DNA from: an uncultured delta proteobacterium
GTDB taxonomy: Bacteria > Desulfobacterota > Zymogenia > Zymogenales > Zymogenaceae
DNA length: 64,000 bases
Assembly: GCA_963792965.1 (NCBI GenBank)
Contig: CAWBYW010000007.1
Location: 384,001 to 448,000 of the forward strand
Direction of reading: 5' to 3'
The first letter of the stretch is position 1. Each line of letters opens with the position of its first letter. The notes under the pieces are model-generated. The model was not told the DNA's origin, searched no databases, and saw only the letters and a list, made by a program, of their open reading frames with translations. Shown here in pieces: positions 63,187-64,000 of the stretch. Position numbers and translations under genes: made by a program.

Positions 63187-64000
63187 TCACTTTCGATATT
63201 TCCTCAGGATCTGGTATTCGTAGACCGCCCTATTGTGCTCCGAAAGCGTGCGCGAGAAATACGAGGTCCCGTCGTTCTTCGATACGAAATAGAGGTAGTC
63301 TGTGTCGGCGGGTGAAAGTGCAGCTGCGATCGCCGCCCGGCCCGGATTACAGATTGGGCTCGGCGGCAGGCCCGCGTTGCGGTACGTATTATAAGGGGTC
63401 CACGTCGCAAGGTCCTTCTCGGTCAGGTTGCCGTTAAACCTCTCCCATATCCCGTAGATGACCGTGGCACAGCTGTCAAGCTTCATCCCTTTATTCAGGC
63501 GGTTCGTAAATACCGCGGAGACGAGCGGACGCTCACTCGTGGCCGAGGTTTCCTTCTCTACGAGAGAGGCAAGGGTCACCGATTCGTAGTCGGTCAGCGT
63601 CGTCTTGTGCGCGCTCTTCTCCTTTTCCTGTTCAAAGACCTCACGGAAACGATCGACCATCATGGTGATGATCTCTCTTTCATGCATGCTCCGGTTAATC
63701 GTATAGGTATCCGGGAAAAGATATCCCTCCAGTATCGCGGCGTCTACTCCGAGCGACTCAATGAATTCCTTATCCTTCATGAGGCGCAGAAATTCTTCCT
63801 TGTCGACAAATCCCCTCGATGCCAGAAGGTCGGCCACTTGATAGATATTGAGCCCCTCCGGGATCGTTGCGTGATATTCGATCACGCGCCCCTTTATGAG
63901 CATAAGCAGAATATCCTTCGGTGACATGTCCGGCCTGATTTCGTATTCACCGACATGTATTTTCTTTTCAGCGCCGAGGTATCGAGCGGCCGTTATGAAA
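63187..64000 (-). CDS. mltG: Endolytic transglycosylase MltG, 5' partial
   Basis: TIPEG, LEGYLFPDTY, LASLVEKET, YNTY, GLPPSPICNPG, YLYFVS. Confidence 0.93.
   Translation of the reverse strand, partial: FITAARYLGAEKKIHVGEYEIRPDMSPKDILLMLIKGRVIEYHATIPEGLNIYQVADLLASRGFVDKEEFLRLMKDKEFIESLGVDAAILEGYLFPDTYTINRSMHEREIITMMVDRFREVFEQEKEKSAHKTTLTDYESVTLASLVEKETSATSERPLVSAVFTNRLNKGMKLDSCATVIYGIWERFNGNLTEKDLATWTPYNTYRNAGLPPSPICNPGRAAIAAALSPADTDYLYFVSKNDGTSYFSRTLSEHNRAVYEYQILRKYRK

Overview
GC-rich bacterial chromosome segment. The gene content (tetrahaem cytochrome c3, DUF4388 proteins, phoH-7TM-HD-ybeY-lnt-prfB order) suggests an anaerobic deltaproteobacterium or Desulfobacterota-like organism; this is inference. 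It holds about 55 protein genes and 4 tRNAs (Met-CAT, Val-CAC, Ser-GCT, Ser-TGA). About a dozen genes, including essential serS and purC, have short-indel frameshifts best explained as long-read errors; prfB has a genuine programmed +1 frameshift. Four things stand out. (1) An integrase-free cassette array at 51.1-56.1 kb lies between two convergent genes, with small cargo genes separated by copies of the flanking genes' own 3' ends. Cargo: a cupredoxin-like protein, a membrane ferredoxin, a ParB-like/Dam pair and a Tat-signal Tyr/Asn-rich peptide. (2) Three tandem lipoprotein-anchored phytoene-desaturase-like flavoenzymes are followed by a tetrahaem cytochrome c3 and a NusG-II protein, a candidate extracytoplasmic redox system. 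(3) The Y-x-N/D repeat peptide looks like a RiPP precursor or amyloid-like protein. (4) A ~1 kb decayed island sits at tRNA-Val. All calls come from reading motifs by eye; no database searches were run.
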